Source of the DNA: a virus
Taxonomy: Duplodnaviria; Caudoviricetes
IMG/VR virus record: IMGVR_UViG_3300001838_000086
Span: 1-58,154 of that record
Direction: 5' to 3' (one strand)
DNA length: 58,154 nucleotides
Shown: positions 37,444 through 48,494 of the stretch, piece after piece
Layout: every line of letters begins with the position of its first letter
Numbering within the stretch: position 1 is the first letter of the stretch
Notes under the pieces: generated by a model
What the model was told of the DNA's origin: nothing
Database searches by the model: none
Seen by the model: the letters and a program-made list of their open reading frames with translations, nothing else
Program-made: the position numbers and the translations under genes

Positions 37444-37829
37444 AGACCTAGGGATTTTAACACAGTTATTACTTCGTCTTTACTCGTTTCGTTTACTTCA
37501 TCCTTCCATAATTCAGGACAATCATGATACCATAAATCAACAACAGCACAGTCATTCCATTCTAAGGTTTTTCTTTGAACCAAGTCTCTTTTTGCAGTAA
37601 TATCACCATTATGATGCTCATCTTGGACTCTAACTACTATGGTTTTTACAGGTAATTTTACAACTATATCTAAAGTCTCTTTCTCCTGTCTTTCTGTAAC
37701 AGTATCAAGCCATTCACCTTTTAATAGGTCTTTGAATTTTACCTGAGTAAGATATTCAGCAGACTCTCCATAAATAGACTTAAGAATTTGAATGGTTGCT
37801 CTCTCGCCATGACCAATAATCTCTGCCAT
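37434..37829 (-). CDS. PD-(D/E)XK / Vsr-like nuclease-fold protein
   Basis: LDIVV..IVVRVQDEHH..KRDLVQ..LE pattern. Confidence 0.55.
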   Translation of the reverse strand: MAEIIGHGERATIQILKSIYGESAEYLTQVKFKDLLKGEWLDTVTERQEKETLDIVVKLPVKTIVVRVQDEHHNGDITAKRDLVQRKTLEWNDCAVVDLWYHDCPELWKDEVNETSKDEVITVLKSLGLYP

Positions 37830-37906
37830 AGTTGTATCTACAAAACGTAGGAATATAAGTTTTTTTAATAAAAAGTTTATTAATTTCTAAACCGTAACTT
37901 TTAAAT

Positions 37907-38224
37907 ATGAAGAAGGAAATAATCGACAAACTTAAAAGGGAAATCGCATTCATGCCACAGTTTGATGGTAAATGTTATGTATGTGGTAAAAAATTTGGCA
38001 AGTATTTTCTATTCCATCATAAAAAGTATTTAAATAGTGACAAAATCTGGTCTGACTTTAAAGATTCTTGGTCATATAATCTTTATGTTTTACCTGTAAT
38101 CAAAAGCGATCCTAATAGATTTGCTCTATTATGTAAAAAACATCATCAGTCTGTTGAGATGTTGAAGAGATTCAAACCAGAAAACCTCGAAAGGTTAATT
38201 AAGCTGGTCAAAGATTCTCAGTAA
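37907..38224 (+). CDS. HNH-like protein
   Basis: CYVC..FHH...LLCKKHH. Confidence 0.6.
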   Translation: MKKEIIDKLKREIAFMPQFDGKCYVCGKKFGKYFLFHHKKYLNSDKIWSDFKDSWSYNLYVLPVIKSDPNRFALLCKKHHQSVEMLKRFKPENLERLIKLVKDSQ

Positions 38225-38255
38225 CCTTTATAATCATGGGGTGTGTATACTACCC

Positions 38256-38585
38256 ATGCCAAAATTTCCAAGTAGAATGAACATCTACATTAGTGCAGAT
38301 GTGAAAAAAATCTTTCAGGATTTTGATAAACTCAGACCTAACAACATATCGTTTAGTTTATTCTTGGCAAATGCCATGAATGAATATCTCCGAAAAAATA
38401 ATGGTGATAGAAGACGATTAGTTACTGATGAGAATACCGAGGCTAATTATCTTAATTTATTAGCACCTATGGGTGACTGGGAGAGAGAGATTCATGGATT
38501 AGATGTTGAGAATTTCAAACGAGTTCACACCAGAATAGTACAACTAGGTAACCTTATCAACATAGAGGTAAACAAGAGGTTATAA
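38256..38585 (+). CDS. ribbon-helix-helix-like regulator upstream of MCM
   Basis: RMNIYIS..helix..SFSLFLANAMNEYL; AACCTTTATA promoter at 38223. Confidence 0.55.
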   Translation: MPKFPSRMNIYISADVKKIFQDFDKLRPNNISFSLFLANAMNEYLRKNNGDRRRLVTDENTEANYLNLLAPMGDWEREIHGLDVENFKRVHTRIVQLGNLINIEVNKRL

Positions 38586-38586
38586 A

Positions 38587-40536
38587 ATGGAATACACAGA
38601 CTCGGCATATGTTGATGCAATATATGAAAAATTATGTCAGCGTAAACATGCACAGATAGTATCTGGATTAAAACCAAATAGTGTATATACATTAGATGTT
38701 GAGAGTCCTGATTTTGTTGACTTGTTTGTAATGAATACTGATGGATTTAAGGATGCAGTAAAGTCAGCAATATTCCGTATGCTAGAAGAACAATATACCA
38801 CATTCAATATACCCCAAGTATTTGGTCAGTTGGATATTAAACTGATTGGTAAAACACCAGTAGAGATGCATGATATAAATTCAAAGTTTGAGAATACAGT
38901 AATAACATTTGACTGTATAATATCTGCAACTGATTCACCGAAAACATATATTAAAAAGGCTTTGGCTACATGTCCTTTATGCTTTGGTCAGGAAGAAGTT
39001 AAGTGTAACTTTGAAAAGAAAATACCAATAGCATTATGTTCTAACCCACCATGTAAGAAAGCGAAAATGTCTGTCAGTGCTAATCAAATACAGACTGATG
39101 ACGTTCAGACTTTATTCTTTCAAGAGTCATTAGAGAAAGCAAGACATAGTTCTCCAGTTGTTCTTACAGGTAAGGTATATGGTAGTGATGTAAGTACATC
39201 TTATGTTGGTCAAAAGAAAAGAGTGACTGGTATCTTTAGGTCTATTATAAATTCTGAGACTAATGAGAATGATGTGTACATAGATGTACTATCAATAAAC
39301 AACTTGGAAGAAGAGGAAGATGTAATGCCAACAGAACAAGAAGAGAGTCAGTTTAGGACTATGGCAAAAGAGAAAACATATCTTGACAATCTGGTTAATA
39401 GTTTTGCCCCTAACATATATGGAATGAGTGACATAAAACTATCCATATTGTTACAGCTTGTTGGTGGTGTTAAGAGTACCAAACGTTCAGATATAAATAT
39501 CTTTCTAGTTGGTGACCCATCAATGGCAAAGTCTGAATTATTAAAGTATGCAAAGAAGATTACCAAGAAGTCTATCTATACATCTGGTAGAGGTACATCT
39601 GCAGCGGGTCTTACGATAGCCGTTGTAAAAATTAACGATAGATTTGTTGCACAGGCAGGGGTATTACCTTTATGTAACAATGGCTTTGCCATGATAGATG
39701 AATTTGATAAGATGAATAAGGATGATAGGAGTGCCATGCATGAGGCTATGGAACAACAGACAGCTTCAGTAGCCAAGGCTGGTATAGTATTAACTTTACC
39801 TACAAAGACTACGATATTAGCCGCGGCTAACCCGAAGTATGGGGCATATGATCCAGATAGCACACTTAGAGATAATGTAGATATACCTGTACCATTATTG
39901 TCAAGGTTCGATTTGATATGGTTGATAAGAGATACAGTTAATGTCACTGAAGACATGATGAAGGCTACTCATATCATAGATTCATTTGAGTCTACAAGTA
40001 CAGGTAAAAAAGAATGTAGTTTATCTGAAGAGTTGTTGAAGAAACTATTGAACTTGGCAAGACAGCAATCACCTAGAATAAATGATGATGTGAAAAACGA
40101 AATCATAAAAATCTATAACCAGATGAGAGCGGTATCAAGTAATGATGAACTACCAGTAGGTGTAAGACAGCTAGAGGCTTTGATTAGATTATCATATGCA
40201 TTAGCCAAGTTACGATTGAAGGACTTTGTAGAATTGGATGATGTGTTGACTGTAAAATCACTGATTGAATCTATGTATAACTCGTTCAATCTCACGATGA
40301 ATTCTGGTAATAGACAGACTATACTTACTGGTACTACCAGACAAACTAAGCAACAACTTGCAGATAAAATCTGGAGTGAATGTGAAGATGAAAATGGTAG
40401 CGTGAATATAATAGAGTTCATGAAGAAGTTAATTGAGAATGGATTTGAACCTATGGAAGCCAAGAAGATGTTTGGTAACTGGGAAAGATTCAACCAGATA
40501 CGTTTAAATAGTGATGGCACGTATAGAAAAGCGTGA
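38587..40536 (+). CDS. mcm: MCM replicative helicase
   Basis: Zn finger, GDPSMAKS, SAAGLT, IDEFDKM, HEAMEQQT, LLSRFDL, RQLEALIRL. Confidence 0.97.
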   Translation: MEYTDSAYVDAIYEKLCQRKHAQIVSGLKPNSVYTLDVESPDFVDLFVMNTDGFKDAVKSAIFRMLEEQYTTFNIPQVFGQLDIKLIGKTPVEMHDINSKFENTVITFDCIISATDSPKTYIKKALATCPLCFGQEEVKCNFEKKIPIALCSNPPCKKAKMSVSANQIQTDDVQTLFFQESLEKARHSSPVVLTGKVYGSDVSTSYVGQKKRVTGIFRSIINSETNENDVYIDVLSINNLEEEEDVMPTEQEESQFRTMAKEKTYLDNLVNSFAPNIYGMSDIKLSILLQLVGGVKSTKRSDINIFLVGDPSMAKSELLKYAKKITKKSIYTSGRGTSAAGLTIAVVKINDRFVAQAGVLPLCNNGFAMIDEFDKMNKDDRSAMHEAMEQQTASVAKAGIVLTLPTKTTILAAANPKYGAYDPDSTLRDNVDIPVPLLSRFDLIWLIRDTVNVTEDMMKATHIIDSFESTSTGKKECSLSEELLKKLLNLARQQSPRINDDVKNEIIKIYNQMRAVSSNDELPVGVRQLEALIRLSYALAKLRLKDFVELDDVLTVKSLIESMYNSFNLTMNSGNRQTILTGTTRQTKQQLADKIWSECEDENGSVNIIEFMKKLIENGFEPMEAKKMFGNWERFNQIRLNSDGTYRKA

Positions 40537-41507
40537 GTCAAGAAGAAATTAATTTAAATGTTTCACAGTTAGATGGTGTAGGCTCTGTTACAGAAAAGAA
40601 ACTCGTAGCGTTTGGAGTAAAGACCATACTTGATATTTGTGTAAGAGGTTCTGCTGAGATTGCAGAGATTACAGGTGTAGGTAGAGACAAGGCAGACCAA
40701 TGGTCATTCAATGCACAGAGAATTTTAGAGGATAATAATATAATAAGAAAGTCCGACATGGATACAGTAGAACTTATGGAATATCAAGAGAACTATCCAA
40801 CACTTGCAACTTGTTGTAAAGAAGTAGACGGACTTATGGGTGGTGGTGTAAAACCAGAGGCTACCTATGAGGTATATGGTGAGTTCGGTAGTGGTAAAAC
40901 TCAGTTCTGTAACTCACTTACAGTAGAAGCCATACGACAGGATATGAATGTGATATGGATTGATTGTGAAGATACATTTAGACCAAGTAGAATCTTTGAG
41001 ATACTTAAAGCAAGAGGATATGTAGAAGATAAAGAACAAGCAAAGTCAATGCTCTCTAGAATCAAGTATTATTACACACCTAATACAGAGTTACTCATGG
41101 GCACTGTTAATAACCTATCAGAAACTATGCTAAGTTTTAAACCTAGATTGGTTATAGTAGACGGTGCTATTGGGCAATTTAGGGAGGAGTATTTGGGTAG
41201 AGGCACGCTTGCAGACAGACAAAACCAGATAAAAAGGCTCATGACTCACCTAAAGAACATAACATATTACTTCAAATGCACGGTTATCTTTACTAACCAA
41301 GTACAATCTGATCCATCTACCATGTTTGGAGATCCAATAAAACCTATTGGGGGTAACGTTGTAGGTCATGCAAGTACTCATAGAATGTACTTTAAGAAAT
41401 CGGGTAAGAAAAGGATAGCAAGAATGATAGATAGTCCAGAATATCCACAAGCAGACGGTGAATATATCCTAGATGCCAAAGGTATCTCTGACTTGGAAGA
41501 AGAATAA
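40533..41507 (+). CDS. radA: RadA recombinase
   Basis: N-terminal HhH, GEFGSGKTQ, EDTFRP, GRGTLADRQ, TNQV, PIGGNVVGH. Confidence 0.95.
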   Translation: MSQEEINLNVSQLDGVGSVTEKKLVAFGVKTILDICVRGSAEIAEITGVGRDKADQWSFNAQRILEDNNIIRKSDMDTVELMEYQENYPTLATCCKEVDGLMGGGVKPEATYEVYGEFGSGKTQFCNSLTVEAIRQDMNVIWIDCEDTFRPSRIFEILKARGYVEDKEQAKSMLSRIKYYYTPNTELLMGTVNNLSETMLSFKPRLVIVDGAIGQFREEYLGRGTLADRQNQIKRLMTHLKNITYYFKCTVIFTNQVQSDPSTMFGDPIKPIGGNVVGHASTHRMYFKKSGKKRIARMIDSPEYPQADGEYILDAKGISDLEEE

Positions 41508-41919
41508 ATTTATAAATAAGTATTTTAAAGCACACATATAAATGAATTGTAGATCTTGTGGAAAGATTTTAGAATCTCATGAACACCTATTTTGCCATAG
41601 TCAAATCTGCCTTGCACAAAGAATGAATAAAAAATAAAAGTGTATTAGGGAGTTTTTGATGTGTGTATAGTGTGTATAGTGTGTAGTATACACATACCAA
41701 AATTCAAAAATAAAAAGAGGATTATTGTTGTAACAGAGTAGGAGTTTCTAATTCAAACCAAGTTTTAATACCTTGACTCTCTAATTTCTGTACAAGTTTA
41801 CTCGCCTTATCAATAGGCATGAGTGATTTCATAACGCTGTTATCTTTTTTCCAGCAGATATTTATGAACATAGAACTTTACTAGAACAAGTCCTATATTT
41901 AAAATTAATGTAAAAAAAA

Positions 41920-42192
41920 TTAAGGTGTATAAATGTATGAGCAACCACATTGACATTTATATCTAGATATATAATCAGCATTTGATAAGTCATATAAGAT
42001 TCTTTCAAAGACTCTACGTGTTGAGTTTGGACTAATTGCCCTATGTATTTCGTTCAAAGTCGTAGGTCTTTTATGGTCTTTGACATATCTGTATGCCTTA
42101 TATCTTAGAGTATCCTTTGGCTCTAACTTATGAATCTCCTTCAAGTCCTCGATACTATCTGCTTTGAGAAGTTTTCCACTGTATCTAGTCAT
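41920..42192 (-). CDS. winged-helix-like protein
   Basis: PTTLNEIHRAI..RILYDL..CQCGC. Confidence 0.5.
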   Translation of the reverse strand: MTRYSGKLLKADSIEDLKEIHKLEPKDTLRYKAYRYVKDHKRPTTLNEIHRAISPNSTRRVFERILYDLSNADYISRYKCQCGCSYIYTP

Positions 42193-42985
42193 GACCGAAC
42201 AAGTCTCCTTTGTATGGATCAAATGTTATTGTGATTGTGCCAACCCTCTTTGCTTCTTTAGGATTGATTTCCACATAACTATCTACGCCCTTTTCATATC
42301 CTCTTAGGAATGTTCCTGTATTACCCATGAGAACTTTCTTCTCTACAGGTACGTTATGTTTTCTGTCATAACCTGTTCTTACTATTGGTCTTACCCATGT
42401 ATCATGGTTGTGACCCATCAGTACCAAGTCACAGTCAAAGTCACCAGTGATTGCTTTCATTCTGTTGACAGCACCACCTGCTTGAATACCAGAGTATCCC
42501 CCATGCATTGATAGTATGAGGTAGTTTCTGATTTCCTTGCCTTTGTGTTCAAATGTTAAACTTGTGTATGCAAGTCTACCCATATAAGGTAGGTCTAATG
42601 GTTTACAAAAGTCTGTGATGAATCTTTTCTGGTTAATGGTTTTCCATTCATGATTTCCAGCGTGAAGTCCTAGAGTCTTATGGGCTATAGGCTTCCATGA
42701 TTCTATGAAAGTCTCTGTTTGTTCTTCGGTTGTTAACATACGTCTGTCAATCGTTTCTGGATTCCAACGTTTGTCAACACCACCATTAGCATATGCCATT
42801 ACATTGTCAATGTAATCTCCCATTCCAATGACAATATAATCATCGTGTTTTTTTAGGAACTCGATGTTCTTCATATACTTGTCTACATCGCATCCCAAGT
42901 TACCCAAATGAATATCACCTAAAGGTCTTAGGTGTATGACTGAATCTTTCTTCGGAAGTTCTATTGTTTTGCGTATGCAGAACAT
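42185..42985 (-). CDS. calcineurin-like metallophosphoesterase
   Basis: GDIHLG, GDYID, GNHE, HG, GHNH. Confidence 0.88.
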   Translation of the reverse strand: MFCIRKTIELPKKDSVIHLRPLGDIHLGNLGCDVDKYMKNIEFLKKHDDYIVIGMGDYIDNVMAYANGGVDKRWNPETIDRRMLTTEEQTETFIESWKPIAHKTLGLHAGNHEWKTINQKRFITDFCKPLDLPYMGRLAYTSLTFEHKGKEIRNYLILSMHGGYSGIQAGGAVNRMKAITGDFDCDLVLMGHNHDTWVRPIVRTGYDRKHNVPVEKKVLMGNTGTFLRGYEKGVDSYVEINPKEAKRVGTITITFDPYKGDLFGHD

Positions 42986-43024
42986 GTTTAGTCGTAGGTG
43001 CGACCATTATATTAACCTATTGTT

Positions 43025-43276
43025 TTAAACTTGACAGTTGAAACGATCTGCCTGTACATGCGTATCCAGATAATAAAAGCTAGTCATGCATGGTAGTCTA
43101 CTACCACCCCAATCTTTCACGCCCTCATAATTTTTTGTCATGGACATATTTTTTATAGGGAAATGTTCTGGTATTGTTTTATATACCAAGTCAGCTGTAT
43201 GTATCATGTTCAAAGTCCATCCAAATACGAACCCTGTAATGACCACATATATGAATAACCAATTCATCAGAAACAC
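43025..43276 (-). CDS. small membrane-anchored protein
   Basis: N-terminal hydrophobic segment. Confidence 0.5.
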   Translation of the reverse strand: MFLMNWLFIYVVITGFVFGWTLNMIHTADLVYKTIPEHFPIKNMSMTKNYEGVKDWGGSRLPCMTSFYYLDTHVQADRFNCQV

Positions 43277-43306
43277 TTAAATACACCAGTATATATTTAT
43301 TTAACA

Positions 43307-43588
43307 ATGAAATACTCAGCAAATTTCATAACTACAAAACAAGGAAACGCAGTTAAAGAAGGAACAATTCTAAAAATTAGAGTTGACGGTGCACATTTTA
43401 TTACTGGTGGCATCTACCAATGTGGTTTCCCTGTAATTACTTTCCAAACAGAAGCAGGGGATAATGACGTTGAAGTTCTACTGAAACGTAAAGATAGATC
43501 CTTTAGAGGAAAGGCAACACTGAAGGTCAGAGCTTTCGATTCCACTTGGCGAGGAGCTGGTTGGAACGATGAGTTCGAGATCATCTAA
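43307..43588 (+). CDS. hypothetical beta-rich protein
   Basis: TTAAATA promoter upstream and T-tract downstream. Confidence 0.6.
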   Translation: MKYSANFITTKQGNAVKEGTILKIRVDGAHFITGGIYQCGFPVITFQTEAGDNDVEVLLKRKDRSFRGKATLKVRAFDSTWRGAGWNDEFEII

Positions 43589-43697
43589 ACTCTTTTTTTA
43601 TTATGCAAACTATACCTCATTTCTTTAGAAGATTGTTTACTAGATTAACTGAAAGGCAAGGCAATCATGGATGGAAAAGAAGTAAAAGTTGCAGACG

Positions 43698-43973
43698 TTA
43701 ATCTAAAGTATCATCAGATTTGTATTCTACAGGCTTACTATAATACTCTTTTTTCTTTTTAAAATTGGCATATGTATCTGGTAAATGATGTATGCATGGG
43801 GCTAGTAAGTTATAATAATCCTTACAAAACTCACACCATATTACTGTCTCTTGCATTTGTTTCTTCATCTTGGCTATGTATCTTGGATCATCCCAATCAA
43901 ACTTACCATCAGATGACTTTGTAAAAACCTTCTTAGGTTTCCATTTACCATTTGGTAATCTTTCCCATTCCAC
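43698..43973 (-). CDS. hypothetical protein
   Basis: CEFC..CIHH. Confidence 0.5.
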   Translation of the reverse strand: MEWERLPNGKWKPKKVFTKSSDGKFDWDDPRYIAKMKKQMQETVIWCEFCKDYYNLLAPCIHHLPDTYANFKKKKEYYSKPVEYKSDDTLD

Positions 43974-44140
43974 AAATAGTATATTAAATCCTACTATTTA
44001 AAAGTAACTATGCGTGGTCTCTGTCATAAATGTTTTAAATCCAATGTTGAATTAAAACCAACACGAGGTAAGATCTACTGTGTTGATTGTTTAGTTTACC
44101 AACAATAACCTTTATATTTTAGATTAACTATCAATAACTA

Positions 44141-44482
44141 ATGAACGTTTCCGAAGTACTCGATACTGGAAAAACGTATGAGAAATCTGTACCACTTAAG
44201 GCTGGAGACAAACTAACTGTCCAGAACTTTAAGGTAAGATACGTTGAGGGATTGGGTTCGGATATTGCAGAGATTAAGACTACTCAGGGGATGAGACATT
44301 CCTTTGGTAAGACTATAATCGGTCAAGCAAAATCTGAATACTGGAATGACGTAGTGGAAAAATGTGTCCAGAAGGATGCATCAGATGGATTAGACGTTTG
44401 GGTAGTTGAGAGAGAAGCCGAAAAGACTGGCAGAAAAATGCTAGCTCTCAGTATGTTTGCACCCAAGCAAACTACTTCCTAA
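44141..44482 (+). CDS. hypothetical protein (possible OB-fold)
   Basis: AACCTTTATA promoter at 44107; T-tract after stop. Confidence 0.6.
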   Translation: MNVSEVLDTGKTYEKSVPLKAGDKLTVQNFKVRYVEGLGSDIAEIKTTQGMRHSFGKTIIGQAKSEYWNDVVEKCVQKDASDGLDVWVVEREAEKTGRKMLALSMFAPKQTTS

Positions 44483-44593
44483 TTTTTTTATGAAGTGCGA
44501 TAGGTGTGACTTTGAGATGAAGAATCTTAATGCGTGTCATTTGATATGTCCTAATTGTGGTGCTCATATGGATTGTTCTGATAAGGGTAGTAC

Positions 44594-44950
44594 GTGGTAA
44601 ACATGATTGAAGATTGTCCTGATTTTAAAACTGCTTTACAAAAAGTTGGTGCATATGACTTACAACCAAAGAGCTTTCAAGATGCTGTTAAGATAGTAAC
44701 TGATGCCATGGCTCTGTTAATTATTTCAAAGAATCATAAGTATGGTAAGAAGAACATAAATGACTTGGGACAGCTAGGTATATTCTGTAGAGTTTATGAT
44801 AAAACCAGTAGACTCCGTGAGCACTTTGTAAATAAAGTAGATCTGGGATCTGAAGGAACTTTTGATACTTTCGCTGACTTGGCTGGATATGGACTTGTTG
44901 ATATACTGCATGAGATGGGTTGGTATAATCTAGACTTGGATAAATCATAA
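44594..44950 (+). CDS. DUF1599 / nucleotide-modification-associated domain protein
   Basis: KNHKYG..GIFCRVYDKTSRL..DTFADLAGYG. Confidence 0.75.
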   Translation: MVNMIEDCPDFKTALQKVGAYDLQPKSFQDAVKIVTDAMALLIISKNHKYGKKNINDLGQLGIFCRVYDKTSRLREHFVNKVDLGSEGTFDTFADLAGYGLVDILHEMGWYNLDLDKS

Positions 44951-45079
44951 GATTTATATACTAGTTAATTTTGATTTTATTGTGGAAAATATACATTGTT
45001 TAATGTGTGGAGAAGAAGTTCGTACTACTGAACATACATCATATGTTTACTGTGAGTCGTGTAAAATAAAAAAGAGGGA

Positions 45080-45484
45080 TTACTCTCTGTCTCTTGTGAC
45101 TATAACACCAGCAAGATTAACTAACTGATTAAGTATTGTTTGCCTAATCATACCGAATCTATCTGCGTTAACATCTTCTTGTGGATAAACTTCCTTAGTC
45201 AGTTCATGTGCCTGTCTAAAGTATTGTCGCCACAAGTCTGCTATCATGGATGTATCATTTGAGATTTTAACTTCTGGTACATTGGTAATGATTATGCTTC
45301 TTGGATCAGTGGGATTAAATGCCTTTCTTCTAGGAGTATCCTTAACCCCACCTTGTTCTATGAAGCATGTCTCATTAGCACATATTGCTTTAGGGAATTT
45401 TTGATAGAAAATATCATCTCCTACTTTCCATGATTCTCCACAATTACAAGTACCATTAAATTTGGCTTTGAGTTGTATACCCAT
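45080..45484 (-). CDS. hypothetical Zn-binding protein
   Basis: AKFNGTCNCG..GD.I motif. Confidence 0.6.
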   Translation of the reverse strand: MGIQLKAKFNGTCNCGESWKVGDDIFYQKFPKAICANETCFIEQGGVKDTPRRKAFNPTDPRSIIITNVPEVKISNDTSMIADLWRQYFRQAHELTKEVYPQEDVNADRFGMIRQTILNQLVNLAGVIVTRDRE

Positions 45485-45566
45485 ATTTTACATACATATA
45501 TTTGTTATATAAACGTATCTATTATAATGGAAGAACATTTATATATAAGTAATTTGAAATGTATTT

Positions 45567-45809
45567 ATGGCAAGGCGTAAAATTGGTAACTCACATACAA
45601 CTATCAGTATTAGTTGGGCTGATAAGGAAGAGTTTAGAAAATTAGCCAAACTAGTTAAGAAGACTAGAAACGGTGATATGTATGAAAGTGATTCCGTAAT
45701 CTTCAAAAGAGTATTAGATCACTATAAAGCAACTAGTAATGATACTGGTTCTACTGCACACCCAACTTACCCTGTTAAGGTTTCTCCAGCACATGACCAG
45801 CAAGGTTAA
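45567..45809 (+). CDS. RHH-like DNA-binding protein
   Basis: HTTISIS..helix..ESDSVIFKRVL. Confidence 0.55.
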   Translation: MARRKIGNSHTTISISWADKEEFRKLAKLVKKTRNGDMYESDSVIFKRVLDHYKATSNDTGSTAHPTYPVKVSPAHDQQG

Positions 45810-46125
45810 ACTCTCTGGGTATCCATCTTATTTTTATTTTATTAGTCATCATTGATTGACATTTTTCCCATAGTGGTAGAAGTGATTCAGTAGTAACTCT
45901 CCATTTACCATTCATCTGTTTTACTACAAGCATAGAATCTGAACATATTTCTACATCAGCACACTTGTACTTGTCACGAATATAACCAAGTGCATACATT
46001 AGGGCTAGGTATTCAAGTTCATTATTGGTTGGCTTACCACCCCTATATTTTACAGCGACATGAGTGCCATCAACCATGCATATATTGGAGTGTCTTGTAC
46101 CACCATCTATATAAATCTTAACCAC
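45775..46125 (-). CDS. ribonuclease HI-like protein
   Basis: IDGG, TNNELEY, SDSMLVVKQMNGKWRV, WIPREFN. Confidence 0.88.
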   Translation of the reverse strand: MVKIYIDGGTRHSNICMVDGTHVAVKYRGGKPTNNELEYLALMYALGYIRDKYKCADVEICSDSMLVVKQMNGKWRVTTESLLPLWEKCQSMMTNKIKIRWIPREFNLAGHVLEKP

Positions 46126-46311
46126 AACTTTCGGATAACGTAGAACTATTTATGCTTTTTTGCATAATCCTTTCTACAAGTCTGTGAACAATAGATCTTT
46201 TGCCTTCCTTTATAACGCCAAGGTAACTGAGCACCACATTCTATACAATAGAAAGTATCATCCTTTCGCATACAGATAAGTTAATATAGTGATTATATAA
46301 GGGTTATGTGT

Positions 46312-47481
46312 TTATGCGTGGTATCTGTTATCGAATTTACCATCTGCTGTGGTATATTTTTTAGGATTTGGAAACTTTTCTTTGTCTTTCTTTGGTTTAT
46401 TTGTTGTTTCTGATGGGTCATATGTTCTAGATATTACTTCATCATGATCACTTTGATCTATCTCAGCGGGGTTATCTTCTTGTTTCCTACCAAATCTTGC
46501 ATAAAATTGTCTCATAAAGTCATCACCAGCTTCTTCACCCATCATATCTGCAGTCCCTTTCCTTTCATGTTTTGTTTCATTTATACTAGGGGCATTTCTA
46601 CTTGCACGATTGTCAGTAGTAGTAGTTACTACATGACCCTGATGAGCAGGTGTGACATTGGTTTTTGGCTTTTTTCTGTTACGAGTTAAATCTGATCTAT
46701 CACCTAACGCTTTGAGTGATTCTGCTATAGATTTTAATTCGTATGTTGTAGATTTTAATCCTTCAATTAAAGCTTTTTTTTTATCAGATTTTAACTCATG
46801 TGTGATTGCTTTTAACTTTGCAGTTATTGAGTCATCTCCACTGATGATTAGATTATTGTAATACATTTCATCATATGATTTGGTACTAACCTTTCTACCA
46901 GCACCTGCTCTTTTACCACCTCTGGTGCTCGTTCTTCTATCCATGAATTTACCAAGTGATTCTTTATCTTCCTTTCGTCTTTTGTTTTGTGCTATTCTAT
47001 CTTCCTTTTGTTTCTTTTCATGTTCTTCTTTTGGTATAGCACTAACAACACTTTTACCATCTTCACCCTCAGTTATTTTTGGTATGTGACCTTGATGATG
47101 GACTTTATTATAAACTTCTTCTGATACTTCTCTTGGTTTTGCACCAGAACCTAATACTTCAGATCCCATAAAGTATTTAGTATCTGGAGTTTTTGATGCT
47201 CTAACTTTACCTTCTTGTTCTTTTCTTAATTTGTCAGCACTTTCTTTCTTACCAGCCTCTTGAGCAGCGGTTACTTTTTTGTCATCATATTTTGGTTTAG
47301 GGTATTTTGTAGCCGCGGCATCTGCACCTAATACATCTGGGCGATCTCTGAATAAATCTTCTGGTGTACTTTCACTTGGTCTTCCAGTTTTAGATTTTAA
47401 TGTTTCAAGTAGTTTATCTGATTCTGCTTTGCTTAGGTATCTTATTCCGAACTTTGATCTCGTATCAAATTGATCGTTCAT
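46312..47481 (-). CDS. charged low-complexity protein (possible internal head protein)
   Basis: 389 aa K/E/D-rich; downstream of terminase. Confidence 0.6.
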   Translation of the reverse strand: MNDQFDTRSKFGIRYLSKAESDKLLETLKSKTGRPSESTPEDLFRDRPDVLGADAAATKYPKPKYDDKKVTAAQEAGKKESADKLRKEQEGKVRASKTPDTKYFMGSEVLGSGAKPREVSEEVYNKVHHQGHIPKITEGEDGKSVVSAIPKEEHEKKQKEDRIAQNKRRKEDKESLGKFMDRRTSTRGGKRAGAGRKVSTKSYDEMYYNNLIISGDDSITAKLKAITHELKSDKKKALIEGLKSTTYELKSIAESLKALGDRSDLTRNRKKPKTNVTPAHQGHVVTTTTDNRASRNAPSINETKHERKGTADMMGEEAGDDFMRQFYARFGRKQEDNPAEIDQSDHDEVISRTYDPSETTNKPKKDKEKFPNPKKYTTADGKFDNRYHA

Positions 47482-48494
47482 TCCTCTTCCTCCTTCTTTT
47501 CACCACTTGAGTTTGTAGCATTGTATACGCCAGTTGTACCAGTTGATACTGAAGAATCCTTTTTCTTGTTATGACCTTCCATAGTAGTCTCTGGTTTTTG
47601 TTTCTCATGTTTAAATTGTTCTTTAAAATCATTGTGAGTTGCACCTTCATAATCTTCACTAGCATCAATATCCATCTGTGTAGAGACACCTGCGAATGGT
47701 CTACCACCTGCATTACCATAAGCACCTTGTTCAACACCAGATTTCTCTAAACCTTTGAATCTAGAATCAAATTTATCTCTCTCATCTTTAGTGTTGAATT
47801 GTTTTCTTGGGTTGTGAGCACTGACATATTTTGTATTTGTTGTATCTGTTGTATCTTTCTTTTCTGGTTTTTGATTTACATTATAACCATCAAAGTTTCT
47901 TACACTTCCGTAGTTTTGACCAATTTGTTTTATCTTATTTATTTCTAATAACCCTAATGCTTTATTCATCTTCTCTATAGACTTTTCTACTTCATCACAA
48001 GAGTGTGCTTTCTTTGTTGGTTTTGAGATTTCTGGTTCTTCCATAATCATCTTTGGTTTCTCTCTAGGTAGATCTTTTCTATATCCACCACCTTTCTCTA
48101 CCTGTCCTTCTACCACTGGTTCTTCCATCTTTGGTTTCTTAATCGGTAGTTCTTTTCTAAATCCAGAACCTTTAAGTGCATCTTTTAATTCTTGTGGTAA
48201 TTGTTCCCAAGTCTTTGATAGGAATCGTGGTGAATATGCTCTGACATTTACTAGAGCTTCACCTTTTTCTTCCATAGTCATTTCATTCCATGACTTGTTT
48301 TTCATAATAATATCTTTAACAAAGAATGTATCATCAATTCTTATAGTTCTAACCATGTTATCTTTAGCAACATTTATAAAAGAACCACTCATGGCTGTAA
48401 CCACGCCACTCATAGGTGTGCCATTGACATAGTAATTTATAGTATCTCCTACTTTAGTATTCTGTAGTTTGTTTAATTCGCTACCATTAATCAT
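47478..48494 (-). CDS. charged low-complexity protein with internal duplication
   Basis: GSGFRKELPIKKPKMEEP / GGGYRKDLPREKPKMIMEEP. Confidence 0.6.
   Translation of the reverse strand: MINGSELNKLQNTKVGDTINYYVNGTPMSGVVTAMSGSFINVAKDNMVRTIRIDDTFFVKDIIMKNKSWNEMTMEEKGEALVNVRAYSPRFLSKTWEQLPQELKDALKGSGFRKELPIKKPKMEEPVVEGQVEKGGGYRKDLPREKPKMIMEEPEISKPTKKAHSCDEVEKSIEKMNKALGLLEINKIKQIGQNYGSVRNFDGYNVNQKPEKKDTTDTTNTKYVSAHNPRKQFNTKDERDKFDSRFKGLEKSGVEQGAYGNAGGRPFAGVSTQMDIDASEDYEGATHNDFKEQFKHEKQKPETTMEGHNKKKDSSVSTGTTGVYNATNSSGEKKEEEE

Noticed and set aside
38587-41507. inteins in MCM or RadA
   Set aside because: Lengths are normal and motifs are contiguous.
41661-41690. GTGTGTATA short tandem repeat
   Set aside because: Only about 2.5 copies in a convergent intergenic gap; no supportable function.
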